Below, piece by piece: positions 20,765 to 28,378 of a stretch of 64,000 nt of DNA. The stretch is from a virus. Location of the stretch: the IMG/VR virus record IMGVR_UViG_3300046028_005277, one strand, 5' to 3'. The translations under genes were made by a program, and so were the position numbers. The notes beneath the pieces are model-generated. The model was not told the origin of the DNA. It saw only the letters and a list, made by a program, of their open reading frames with translations, and did not search any database. Every line of letters starts with the position of its first letter. Positions within the stretch are counted from its first letter, which is position 1.

Positions 20765-21348
20765 ACATCAGGGCAATCCTTTCCATCGTTGTCACTTTAA
20801 TTTTTATGTATTTGGCGTACATCCATTACGCTATACGCAAGGAGAACCAAGTGCTAAAGTCGGACATGAAAGGATTGGACTTAGCCATCCACAGCGTTCT
20901 TGATACATCCCGCAACAGGCTAGGACAGATGAACGCACAAGTGTCCACTGTCGTGCTATCACAGAACACAGCAAAGGATTTAATTCGTGAAGACATCCAG
21001 AAGATTCGCAAGGACTTTGATGTCAAGATAAAAGATGTGAAGGCTTACACGCAGATAGGTACGCTATACACCGTTCCTATTATTGTCCAAGGCAAGGACA
21101 CCATCATTCGGGAACACACTGAAAAGATATATCACTTTGTGGGGAGATACTCCGGGCAGCTAGTGACAAAAGGAGATTCCCTGATGGGGGAGATTCAATT
21201 GGCTGACACATTGAGGATAGCTGTAAGCAGAGGAAAGAGAAAGAGTTGGTGGAAGTTATGGGAGAAGCGTCCTTTAAAGACAAATGCTTTCCTATCTAAC
21301 CCAGACGGCACTATCACAGAGTTAAAAAGCATCATCACAAATGACTAA
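20761..21348 (+). CDS. Spanin-like protein (N-terminal TM, coiled coil, beta domain)
   Basis: N-terminal TM (ILSIVVTLIFMYLAYI), coiled coil, C-terminal KSWWKLWEKRP; typical of Bacteroidota phage lysis modules. Confidence 0.55.
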   Translation: MNIRAILSIVVTLIFMYLAYIHYAIRKENQVLKSDMKGLDLAIHSVLDTSRNRLGQMNAQVSTVVLSQNTAKDLIREDIQKIRKDFDVKIKDVKAYTQIGTLYTVPIIVQGKDTIIREHTEKIYHFVGRYSGQLVTKGDSLMGEIQLADTLRIAVSRGKRKSWWKLWEKRPLKTNAFLSNPDGTITELKSIITND

Positions 21349-21469
21349 ATCAAGTAAGGGGACATCAGCCGCAAAGATTACTTTCGGTGTGAGAAGAAGA
21401 GGCAAGGCTCAGAAGAACTTTGGCCCAAAAGCTAGTAAACCAAAAAAATATAGAGGACAAGGGAAATGA
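21341..21469 (+). CDS. 42-aa basic protein missing from the ORF track
   Basis: MTKSSKGTSAAKITFGVRRRGKAQKNFGPKASKPKKYRGQGK; overlaps both neighbours (ATGA); KKYRGQG end motif. Confidence 0.7.
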   Translation: MTKSSKGTSAAKITFGVRRRGKAQKNFGPKASKPKKYRGQGK

Positions 21470-21834
21470 GCAAACTAAAAGACTTTTTGGTAGAATGGCA
21501 CGAGGGACTTCTTGCCCCTATTTATTTTTTAGCCTTCATCCTCCTGTACAATTACATAAGCATATGGCTTCACGATGAAGCTGCTGCCCTCTATCCCATT
21601 GGAAGGTATGTTGATGTTCTGTCTGTTCCATCCCGGTACTACATTGTTGTTGTATTAGGAACGCTAGGCTTCAGGATCAACACGCCCTCCCTGTTCAAGG
21701 CTATATTCGGGGACAGAGCCAACGGAAAACTCCGTGACAATATTGTTAAGGACAATCATTTCCAAACGCTATGGCTCGCATTATTCTCCTATGGATTGCA
21801 CTTACTTATAGCGGCCTTGGTGTCGCTCAAATAG
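21466..21834 (+). CDS. Three-TM membrane protein, holin candidate
   Basis: Three hydrophobic segments; immediately upstream of the endolysin. Confidence 0.55.
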   Translation: MSKLKDFLVEWHEGLLAPIYFLAFILLYNYISIWLHDEAAALYPIGRYVDVLSVPSRYYIVVVLGTLGFRINTPSLFKAIFGDRANGKLRDNIVKDNHFQTLWLALFSYGLHLLIAALVSLK

Positions 21835-22280
21835 AATGTGTTAGGAAGCAAGCTTCCTCCCTAATTGGCACTCGTGAAGGGCCAATAAACAATCGTGGCC
21901 CTCGTGTTGATAGCATCATCCGTTACGCAGGAGGAATCCCTAGTCAGCCTTGGTGTAGCTACGCAATGATTTACATTTTCAAGAAGTGTGGCTCTGTTTT
22001 CAAGGGTGTAAACGGAGCAGCTAAGTCATGGGCAAGGAAGGAGAAGGCTGTTGTCATGATACCCATTCGTGCTACAGATGTGTTCACTGTCTACAACAAG
22101 GCTCTTGGAAGGATAGGTCATGTCGGCCTTGTCTATCAAGTGTATCCTGAGGAGAGGTTCTTCCAATCCTTTGAGGGGAATGTGAATGCCAGAGGGGATA
22201 GGGAAAGTCACAGGTCTATGGCAGGATGCTTGATAAGGGAGTACGCTGTATCGAATGGCTTCTACAGGTGGGCAAAATAA
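21771..22280 (+). CDS. CHAP-domain endolysin with signal peptide
   Basis: PWCSY (Cys), GHVGLV (His), FEGN motifs; hydrophobic N-terminus MARIILLWIALTYSGLGVA-Q. Confidence 0.8.
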   Translation: MARIILLWIALTYSGLGVAQIECVRKQASSLIGTREGPINNRGPRVDSIIRYAGGIPSQPWCSYAMIYIFKKCGSVFKGVNGAAKSWARKEKAVVMIPIRATDVFTVYNKALGRIGHVGLVYQVYPEERFFQSFEGNVNARGDRESHRSMAGCLIREYAVSNGFYRWAK

Positions 22281-22281
22281 A

Positions 22282-22307
22282 AAAGGGAAGCAATGCCTCC
22301 CCTCTTT
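22282..22307. terminator. Bidirectional terminator between convergent operons
   Basis: AAAGGGAAGC-AAT-GCCTCCCCTCTTT with A tract before and T tract after. Confidence 0.55.
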
Positions 22308-22338
22308 AAATAACCCTAAATTACAATATTCAAAACTA

Positions 22339-24273
22339 TTAACTTTTTGGTGGATTTAAAATATTGTCCACCATTTGTATCCTCTGGCCAATCCATCTCA
22401 TTACCGGAACTGCCATTGAGTTCCCACAAGCCTTGTACCTTGGCCCATCAGGGCATTGGTCGGCAGGCTTGTTTCTGTATGGAATCTTTGTCCATCCACG
22501 AGGGAATCCCTGTAAAATTTCCGTCTCAAATGGGGTTAATCTTCGGATTGCACAAGAGGTCTGTGTTGATTTACTTTCACCAACAAAGGATTCCCATGTG
22601 TTTTGAACCTTTGATAATGCTTGTCGCAATAACCCAAACCTTTCATCGGCTTCCCACAAATCGTGCATGAACCTTTTGTTCTGTGGCTTTTCATGTGGCA
22701 ACTCCGACAAATACGCTCTAAGTTCTCCAATGTATTGTTCAGATAGTTTCCATCCTTGTGATGTACATCCTTCGCATCCAGCTTCCCGCAATGACTGCAT
22801 GATCCAAGCGGAATCATTTTCCTTGCATGATAATGAGCCGTAGATGAACCTACTATCGGAGAATGTCGCTGGTCGAACATCAATCCCATGCAAATCTGAT
22901 TGCAATATTTGCGTCGATTGAAGTGTATTAAATACTCCAAGTCCCCATTGGGCAAACGCTTTCGTTCCAATTTTTTCTCGCAGTATTGACAATGTTTTAA
23001 CGGAGTCTCTTTCTTGTGTGCGCCCATGATTTATACCTTTATACGCAAAGGTATCATTAAAGGGGTTAGCCTCCAAAACATTTTTATATGCAACTCCGTG
23101 TGGCCCTTTTGCAACAAGCGATGGCATTGTTTCCCCTTGCGTTATCTTGATGTCATATTGAGCATTTGCTCCCTGATTGAAAGCTGCTCTGTCAATGATT
23201 GTCGGTTGAACAATTGCCTGTGTAGTTCTTACATCTCCAACATCAAATGTGTTTATGGTGTTAGCCTTATCATCCTCCACCCAGGTTTCGTGATCATCCT
23301 TGCTCTGCGCCCTCTTGGTTTTCCGATATGGGACAGGTTGTGCTATCTGTTGATCTTGTGTAGTGCCAATGGTAAATACCTTTTCATCCTGACCAAGGTA
23401 TCCCTTGCCTGCTTTCTTCCCCGGAGTACCACCTTGCTCACCGGTTTCAGTTTCAGAACCTCCTCTCACTTTGAATGCGTGGGCGGGGTGAGAAACAAAT
23501 AGCCCACACTCACTCCCCGCAGGGCCACCGCTTCCTTTGTGCCATTTACTTGTTACCGTGTCTGAGCATTCGGGGTTACTTCCCCAGTATTGGCTACCGC
23601 CTCCAACGCCTCCTTGAGCATCTGCGGAAGTTGCTTTCCTCTTTTCTCTGCTCTTCGTAGTATCCCCCTGCAAGCGGTTGCGCTCAAATAATACCGCTGC
23701 GGGAGGTCTCCAATCTCCAAGGTATCCGATAACAAAGATTCGCTTGCGTCGCTGTGCAACCCCGAAATCTTGAGCATCAAGCATTGTCCACGCAACTCCG
23801 TAGGCTGAGGAGATTCCTTCGATGCATCCTGAGTTAGTCCAACCTCCGACAGGGGCTTGAATGTCCCTGCCTGTGAGCAGTCCCAAAAAGCTTGCAAAGT
23901 CTCCTCCCTTATTACTGGATAGGACACCGGGGACATTTTCCCAAACCACCCACCTTGGACGCTTTCTTGCAGCAAGTTCAACAAAGGTGAGCATGAGTTG
24001 ACCACGAGAGTCGTCCAATCCCTTTCGGAGACCGGCAACGGAGAAGGATTGGCAGGGGGTTCCCCCCACGAGAAGGTTAATTGTTGTCCCATTGAAATGT
24101 TCTGTATTATGTATTTGTGTCATATCTCCCAAGTTTGGCACAGTTGGGAATCTGTGGGCTAACACTGCCGAAGGGAAGTGTTCTATTTCTGAATACCATT
24201 GGGCTTGCCATCCCAAGGACTCCCAGGCTACAGAAGCTGCTTCTATGCCCGAACATACTGATCCATACTTCAT
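22339..24273 (-). CDS. dcm: C5-cytosine DNA methyltransferase with long multi-TRD variable region
   Basis: Motif I CSGIEA, IV GTPCQSFS, VI ENVPG, VIII QRRKRIF, IX RRLTPFETEILQGFP, X YKACGNSMAVPV. Confidence 0.92.
   Translation of the reverse strand: MKYGSVCSGIEAASVAWESLGWQAQWYSEIEHFPSAVLAHRFPTVPNLGDMTQIHNTEHFNGTTINLLVGGTPCQSFSVAGLRKGLDDSRGQLMLTFVELAARKRPRWVVWENVPGVLSSNKGGDFASFLGLLTGRDIQAPVGGWTNSGCIEGISSAYGVAWTMLDAQDFGVAQRRKRIFVIGYLGDWRPPAAVLFERNRLQGDTTKSREKRKATSADAQGGVGGGSQYWGSNPECSDTVTSKWHKGSGGPAGSECGLFVSHPAHAFKVRGGSETETGEQGGTPGKKAGKGYLGQDEKVFTIGTTQDQQIAQPVPYRKTKRAQSKDDHETWVEDDKANTINTFDVGDVRTTQAIVQPTIIDRAAFNQGANAQYDIKITQGETMPSLVAKGPHGVAYKNVLEANPFNDTFAYKGINHGRTQERDSVKTLSILREKIGTKAFAQWGLGVFNTLQSTQILQSDLHGIDVRPATFSDSRFIYGSLSCKENDSAWIMQSLREAGCEGCTSQGWKLSEQYIGELRAYLSELPHEKPQNKRFMHDLWEADERFGLLRQALSKVQNTWESFVGESKSTQTSCAIRRLTPFETEILQGFPRGWTKIPYRNKPADQCPDGPRYKACGNSMAVPVMRWIGQRIQMVDNILNPPKS
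22536..23027 (-). CDS. Zinc-finger HNH endonuclease nested in the +1 frame of the methyltransferase
   Basis: CQYC...CNQIC; CSHC...HHKDGNYLNNTLENLERICRSCHMKSH; CTIC...GYCDKHYQR...GNP; ATG start preceded by its own promoter. Confidence 0.88.
   Translation of the reverse strand: MGAHKKETPLKHCQYCEKKLERKRLPNGDLEYLIHFNRRKYCNQICMGLMFDQRHSPIVGSSTAHYHARKMIPLGSCSHCGKLDAKDVHHKDGNYLNNTLENLERICRSCHMKSHRTKGSCTICGKPMKGLGYCDKHYQRFKTHGNPLLVKVNQHRPLVQSED
23046..23077 (-). promoter_or_regulatory. Bacteroidota sigma-A promoter embedded in the MTase ORF, upstream of the HNH
   Basis: Minus strand TTTG-N20-TACCTTTG, 18 nt upstream of the HNH ATG. Confidence 0.7.
23553..24092 (-). CDS. Alternative-frame MTase subunit (M.EcoHK31I beta-like)
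   Basis: 179 aa in the +1 frame; SLLSDTLE...PQRYYLSATACRGILRRAEKRGKQLP...L motif. Confidence 0.75.
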   Translation of the reverse strand: MGQQLTFSWGEPPANPSPLPVSERDWTTLVVNSCSPLLNLLQESVQGGWFGKMSPVSYPVIREETLQAFWDCSQAGTFKPLSEVGLTQDASKESPQPTELRGQCLMLKISGLHSDASESLLSDTLEIGDLPQRYYLSATACRGILRRAEKRGKQLPQMLKEALEAVANTGEVTPNAQTR

Positions 24274-24572
24274 TCTTTTATTGGTTCAAATTCGTTCATG
24301 TGATCAATGAATCTTTCCCTCTCCTCAGCAGGGAGGTCATACAAGTTCCACACCATATTGACAATGGCTGAATTGATTTCATCCTCAGCTTGTGCCATCT
24401 CTGGGCCAAGTCCTTTGTGTAAATACTTCTCAAATTCTGTAGCGTGATGCATCAGTCTATTGAAATGCATCTTGGCTTCCATCTTGAGAGACTTGTCTCC
24501 GTAGTGGATGACAGTTCCCGATTCTATTACGCCTCTGACAAAGCAGAAGAACTTAGAAAAATCATTTTTCAT
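24270..24572 (-). CDS. Hypothetical protein
   Basis: ATGA-coupled to the MTase start. Confidence 0.6.
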   Translation of the reverse strand: MKNDFSKFFCFVRGVIESGTVIHYGDKSLKMEAKMHFNRLMHHATEFEKYLHKGLGPEMAQAEDEINSAIVNMVWNLYDLPAEERERFIDHMNEFEPIKE

Positions 24573-24903
24573 TTTCAAACTTGGCTATGAATGGTTGATA
24601 CAATTCTCTGCTCTTGGTGAATAAAAGGCTCATGCCATTTCGGAACACCACCTTTGCTGTAGTGTTGTCAGCATTGGCTACACAATACACTTGGTTAAGG
24701 TTAACCAAATAAGACTTGTGTGGCTTAATCAAAGAAGGGAATGCCTGCATAGCAGATGCCAATGTCCCGTGCGCCCTTATAGGCTCCTCAGAATTCAGGG
24801 TGTAGATGAGGTGATAGTCCTTATCCTGCTCCACGAATGTAACATCCTTTTCTGTGATGTTGTAAAGGGCATTCAGCCCCTCGTACTTTCCTCTTATTGC
24901 CAT
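24562..24903 (-). CDS. Stand-alone LytTR DNA-binding protein
   Basis: GTLASAMQAFPSLIKPHKSYLVNLNQV matches the LytTR (F)xRxHxSYxVN signature. Confidence 0.75.
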   Translation of the reverse strand: MAIRGKYEGLNALYNITEKDVTFVEQDKDYHLIYTLNSEEPIRAHGTLASAMQAFPSLIKPHKSYLVNLNQVYCVANADNTTAKVVFRNGMSLLFTKSRELYQPFIAKFENEK

Positions 24904-25412
24904 TACATTTCGCTCTTTAGTTCTCTGTATCTCCTGACGATGTATCTCCTGTTCACCACCTCTCCTGTAGCCTCCCTAATCTCAGCAATGATGCTATTGA
25001 CATCAGAGTTCTCCTTGATGATGATGGCATCCTTGGCATCGCTATCCATAGGAGGATTTCTCTTCTCATCCTTGTACCGGTTGTGCTGAATGAAGTAGGC
25101 ATATTCATGTCCATTGCGAAGCACTGCGGTTTTGTTGTCCGTGAGGATGAGCTTAATATTATCTGGCAATAGTTCTGCTGACACGATGTGATTGGTGTTC
25201 ACAATGTAATTAGTAGATGCACGAATGAACGACTTGTTCTTTCGGAAGAATAGATCGTACACAGTTTCTATTGTACCATCTACAAACAAATAGGGTTTGC
25301 CTGCAAGGTGAATCGCCAAGCCGTTAACCCAAATACTAACCATCACCACATCTTCAAAGTATACCCTTTGTAAGGTGTGCTTGTCTCCTTTTTTTCTTAT
25401 GTAAAATTCCAT
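24903..25412 (-). CDS. LytTR-domain protein with C-terminal extension
   Basis: FIRASTNYIVNTNHI signature; start set at ATG 25412 (MEFYIRKK). Confidence 0.65.
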   Translation of the reverse strand: MEFYIRKKGDKHTLQRVYFEDVVMVSIWVNGLAIHLAGKPYLFVDGTIETVYDLFFRKNKSFIRASTNYIVNTNHIVSAELLPDNIKLILTDNKTAVLRNGHEYAYFIQHNRYKDEKRNPPMDSDAKDAIIIKENSDVNSIIAEIREATGEVVNRRYIVRRYRELKSEM

Positions 25413-25504
25413 AGCGCAAATGAAATAATAGTTTTCTATTAAAACAAAAAAAAGTGCGACTAAAAGCCACACTCTTTATATGAAAAACTTAGAAAGAAAA
25501 TTCC

Positions 25505-25669
25505 CTATTTATTTTTGGCTGTCTTTGCAGACTCCTTGAAAGCTTTGGCTGTGGGCGCACCCTTTGTGCCGGGCTTCCTCATTGTTTCTCCTGAGCCAGC
25601 AGCAATGCGGGCTTTCTTGGCAGCGATGTTGGCGTATAGCCCTGGGTCTCCTGGCTTCTTCATTGGCAT
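25505..25669 (-). CDS. 54-aa basic protein missing from the ORF track
   Basis: MPMKKPGDPGLYANIAAKKARIAAGSGETMRKPGTKGAPTAKAFKESAKTAKNK; GLYANI.AK..RI..GSGE.MRKPG.KGAPT motif recurrent in aquatic phages. Confidence 0.8.
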   Translation of the reverse strand: MPMKKPGDPGLYANIAAKKARIAAGSGETMRKPGTKGAPTAKAFKESAKTAKNK

Positions 25670-25704
25670 GACTTTATTATTTAAGGATGTGAAAACAAAT
25701 ATAA

Positions 25705-25899
25705 CTATTTCTCTTTGTGTTCGCTTGCCTGGTGAATGAGAGACATTATCCTCTGCTCAATTCCCAGCAGCTCCACTATCCCTGAGAGGTGGTAGTCTTG
25801 CCCATCTCCATCGGGGCGTTTCTCTAGCATCTCATTGTGATAGGCTTTGCGCTGATCAATGTAGTCCATCACAATCAACGCTAAATCTGATGCTCTCAT
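25705..25899 (-). CDS. Hypothetical protein
   Basis: 64 aa, ATGA-type overlap with the upstream gene. Confidence 0.55.
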   Translation of the reverse strand: MRASDLALIVMDYIDQRKAYHNEMLEKRPDGDGQDYHLSGIVELLGIEQRIMSLIHQASEHKEK

Positions 25900-26084
25900 A
25901 TGGAATCCTTGGCTTCAGAAATAACCACATCAGCATTGGACATGATGAAGTCAGGGTCTTCCTTGAGCATCTGCACAAGGTCTTCCTTTACGCCTTCATC
26001 TGAAAGTTTTCTACCATCCAGAACATCGGAGATATTCCAATCGTCCTCGTGGGCGTAGTAGGTAATCACCACTTTAACTGTCAT
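25896..26084 (-). CDS. Hypothetical protein
   Basis: Start set at MTVKVV because the upstream part overlaps a terminator hairpin near 26131-26162. Confidence 0.5.
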   Translation of the reverse strand: MTVKVVITYYAHEDDWNISDVLDGRKLSDEGVKEDLVQMLKEDPDFIMSNADVVISEAKDSI

Positions 26085-26204
26085 GTGTTTATGAATTAGT
26101 GTAACAAATAAAATAAGAAAGAGTGAAATAAAAAAGACCACCAAGATCCCCGGTGGCCTTTCTCTGTTTAAACCAAACTAACATTAATAAACCAAAAAAG
26201 TATT

Positions 26205-26711
26205 TTACTTGATTTGCAAAGATATGTTTTCTTTCATTGACGCTCCATCTAGATGCTCTCCTGCTTCTAGGAGATTCTTAATGGCTGTCTTACTCACCTC
26301 CTTCTTAAATACGAAGGCTTCATCTGGAAGCGTAGCCTCATCTGTGATCTCCACAGAATACGACTTCCTTGTGGATAGTTTAACAAGAGGCGTTTCAAAT
26401 TTCTTAGCCCCTGTCTTCATGTCCTCATGTCCGAAGACTAGGAGTGCAGCTTTGAGTGTGTCCTTCATGCGGGCAACGCTGTTCTCCTTGGTCTTCTTTA
26501 TGGCTTTGATTCGCTTTTCCTCCGCAGAGGCAGCTTCTATCTCCGACTCCCATTTCAAGATGAGCCTTGCGTAGTTCTCAGCCTTGTGGCTGAAGTTCTC
26601 CCGGCTAATAGCTAGTTCCTCTAGCACTTCATCCGTAGCCTCACCCCCTGCCTCCTCAATGAGGGAGGCGAGGGAAAGGAATTCTTGTGTTATATTCCAG
26701 AGCGTATTCAT
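26205..26711 (-). CDS. Siphovirus Gp157 family protein
   Basis: Coiled coil plus KFETPLVKLSTRKS...LPDEAF...SKTAIKNLLEAGEHLDGA...LQIK. Confidence 0.85.
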   Translation of the reverse strand: MNTLWNITQEFLSLASLIEEAGGEATDEVLEELAISRENFSHKAENYARLILKWESEIEAASAEEKRIKAIKKTKENSVARMKDTLKAALLVFGHEDMKTGAKKFETPLVKLSTRKSYSVEITDEATLPDEAFVFKKEVSKTAIKNLLEAGEHLDGASMKENISLQIK

Positions 26712-26712
26712 A

Positions 26713-27453
26713 TTAGAAAGGGAGTTCGAATTCATCGTTATCATCTATCTGCGTAGCAGGGGCTTTCTTTGCAGGCTCTACATGGGCAGCCTTGTTAGGG
26801 ATTGTCTCCTCAGCCTCCAACAATTCATCAGCCGAAGGGGCTTCCTCTACCTTGCGAGCCATGTAGTCCTTGAAGTATTCTGACAGAACATCGTAAGCCT
26901 GGTCGGCCTTGATGCCATCAGCCTCTGTCAACGACCCCTTGAACTCAAATACTGGGACACTGTACTTAACAGAGCCGTTCTTCTGATCCTCTGCACCCAT
27001 CACGGCCACCCACTCATCAGCAAGCCTAGCAGATGTCTTCTTTGTGAAGTCTCCCCACATAGCACACGATGCACCTTTGAGGGCAATGTTGGCGATGCTT
27101 CCATCACCAAGCATAATGTAAATACTCTTGAAGTACACACCTCCCTGAAGCTTCTCCTTGATCTCCCGGTAGATGCCAGAGATGATGTGACCACCCTTGA
27201 ATGATTTGACATTGAGCATCTCATTCATGTTGTTAATCTCGTTAGAGTAGATGCCACTCTCCGATTTACTATGCCATCCTTTCACGGTGTGAAGGGACTT
27301 CAGGACTAAGAACTTGAAAGGAACTTTCACAGGGATGTTCTCCTTCTTTTCCTTGTCATAAAACTTAAAACCTTTCGCATTGCTGTCCCATTCCAGGAAC
27401 CTCGTTGCCGGGTTGGTTGACCCGCTCTTGAACTCGTCTCTACGATTGCTCAT
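26713..27453 (-). CDS. Single-stranded DNA-binding protein
   Basis: Acidic C-tail ending DDNDEFELPF; adjacent to Gp157. Confidence 0.6.
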   Translation of the reverse strand: MSNRRDEFKSGSTNPATRFLEWDSNAKGFKFYDKEKKENIPVKVPFKFLVLKSLHTVKGWHSKSESGIYSNEINNMNEMLNVKSFKGGHIISGIYREIKEKLQGGVYFKSIYIMLGDGSIANIALKGASCAMWGDFTKKTSARLADEWVAVMGAEDQKNGSVKYSVPVFEFKGSLTEADGIKADQAYDVLSEYFKDYMARKVEEAPSADELLEAEETIPNKAAHVEPAKKAPATQIDDNDEFELPF

Positions 27454-27502
27454 AACTTTTTACTTGTGAAATAAATTGTGTAATCATTTGCTTTGGATGG
27501 GG

Positions 27503-27534
27503 CAAATGTAACCCACTTGATTTACAATTACAAA
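27503..27534 (-). promoter_or_regulatory. Bacteroidota promoter for the SSB-Gp157 operon
   Basis: Minus strand TTTG-N20-TACATTTG, a perfect consensus. Confidence 0.8.
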
Positions 27535-27612
27535 CGAACTTTTGTGCAGGGCAATAAGCCCCTGAAAACACACCCAAATGGGACAACGAAAAACTGTATA
27601 CCATTTGTCGTG

Positions 27613-27768
27613 TCAAGCGAAGAGTACAAAGATGGTGGCGATGATAAAAACTATCATTGTTACGCTCCACTTGGCAACGCCTTCGTGGTTCTCGTGGTCA
27701 AGATGGAATATAAGATTCCGGTAGGAGGCAAAGGATGCCAAGACTAAAAACAATATTGTAAACTTCAT
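27613..27768 (-). CDS. Small two-TM membrane protein
   Basis: MKFTILFLVLASFASY...VTMIVFIIATIFVLFA (3' part of track ORF 27613-28173); ATGA overlap. Confidence 0.5.
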   Translation of the reverse strand: MKFTILFLVLASFASYRNLIFHLDHENHEGVAKWSVTMIVFIIATIFVLFA

Positions 27769-27950
27769 GGGATTAATGTAGAAAAATGATGTGATAGGCA
27801 GCCGGTGATGAGGACGATTGCCATCCACACATAGGCTCTTTGCTTGCGGTCGTGTTCCAGGTTGTAGAGGATTCTTGCCACCCCTATTACAAAGCATATC
27901 ATTGAGGCGATCATGCTTATGTAGGCTATAAAAATGGGATGCCACTTCAT
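27765..27950 (-). CDS. Small membrane protein
   Basis: Two hydrophobic segments; ATGA overlaps. Confidence 0.5.
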   Translation of the reverse strand: MKWHPIFIAYISMIASMICFVIGVARILYNLEHDRKQRAYVWMAIVLITGCLSHHFSTLIP

Positions 27951-28378
27951 ACAAACTTCTCAGGGTTTCTTGTTGCGTACTCATCCATCCCATGCACCCA
28001 TTCCTGATGCCATATGCGATGTTGCACCTCTTTGACAAACTCATCAACGCTTGTGAGCTTTGCCCACTTGCCTTCATACCGTTCTGCTGAGTCCACTTCT
28101 GGGATGTAGGCGTAGAGACATCCGAATGCCCACCAATAGAAAGCCGTATACGATCCGTATGGCACTGCTCCATCTGCCGTGAGTACTAACTCATCGGAGA
28201 GTGTACGGAGCGTTTTAATGAACTCCTGAGCATCGGGAATGCCATTGGCGAGAGGCAAATGCTCTGCCATATTTTTCTCACTCCTGAGATGGCGAAGAAT
28301 CACCTCATCCAAAGAAAGGGAGGATCTCCATTTGGAGACCCCTTTCCCTTCGTTGTTTGTCCTATGCCAACTACTCAT
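27947..28378 (-). CDS. Hypothetical early protein
   Basis: 143 aa in a coupled chain of leftward genes. Confidence 0.6.
   Translation of the reverse strand: MSSWHRTNNEGKGVSKWRSSLSLDEVILRHLRSEKNMAEHLPLANGIPDAQEFIKTLRTLSDELVLTADGAVPYGSYTAFYWWAFGCLYAYIPEVDSAERYEGKWAKLTSVDEFVKEVQHRIWHQEWVHGMDEYATRNPEKFV

Noticed and set aside
22520-23090. Intein or group I intron explanation for the MTase insert
   Set aside because: No C/S start with HN-C/S/T end in the host frame, and no recognisable group I core; the nuclease is in a different frame. RT-PCR is still needed.
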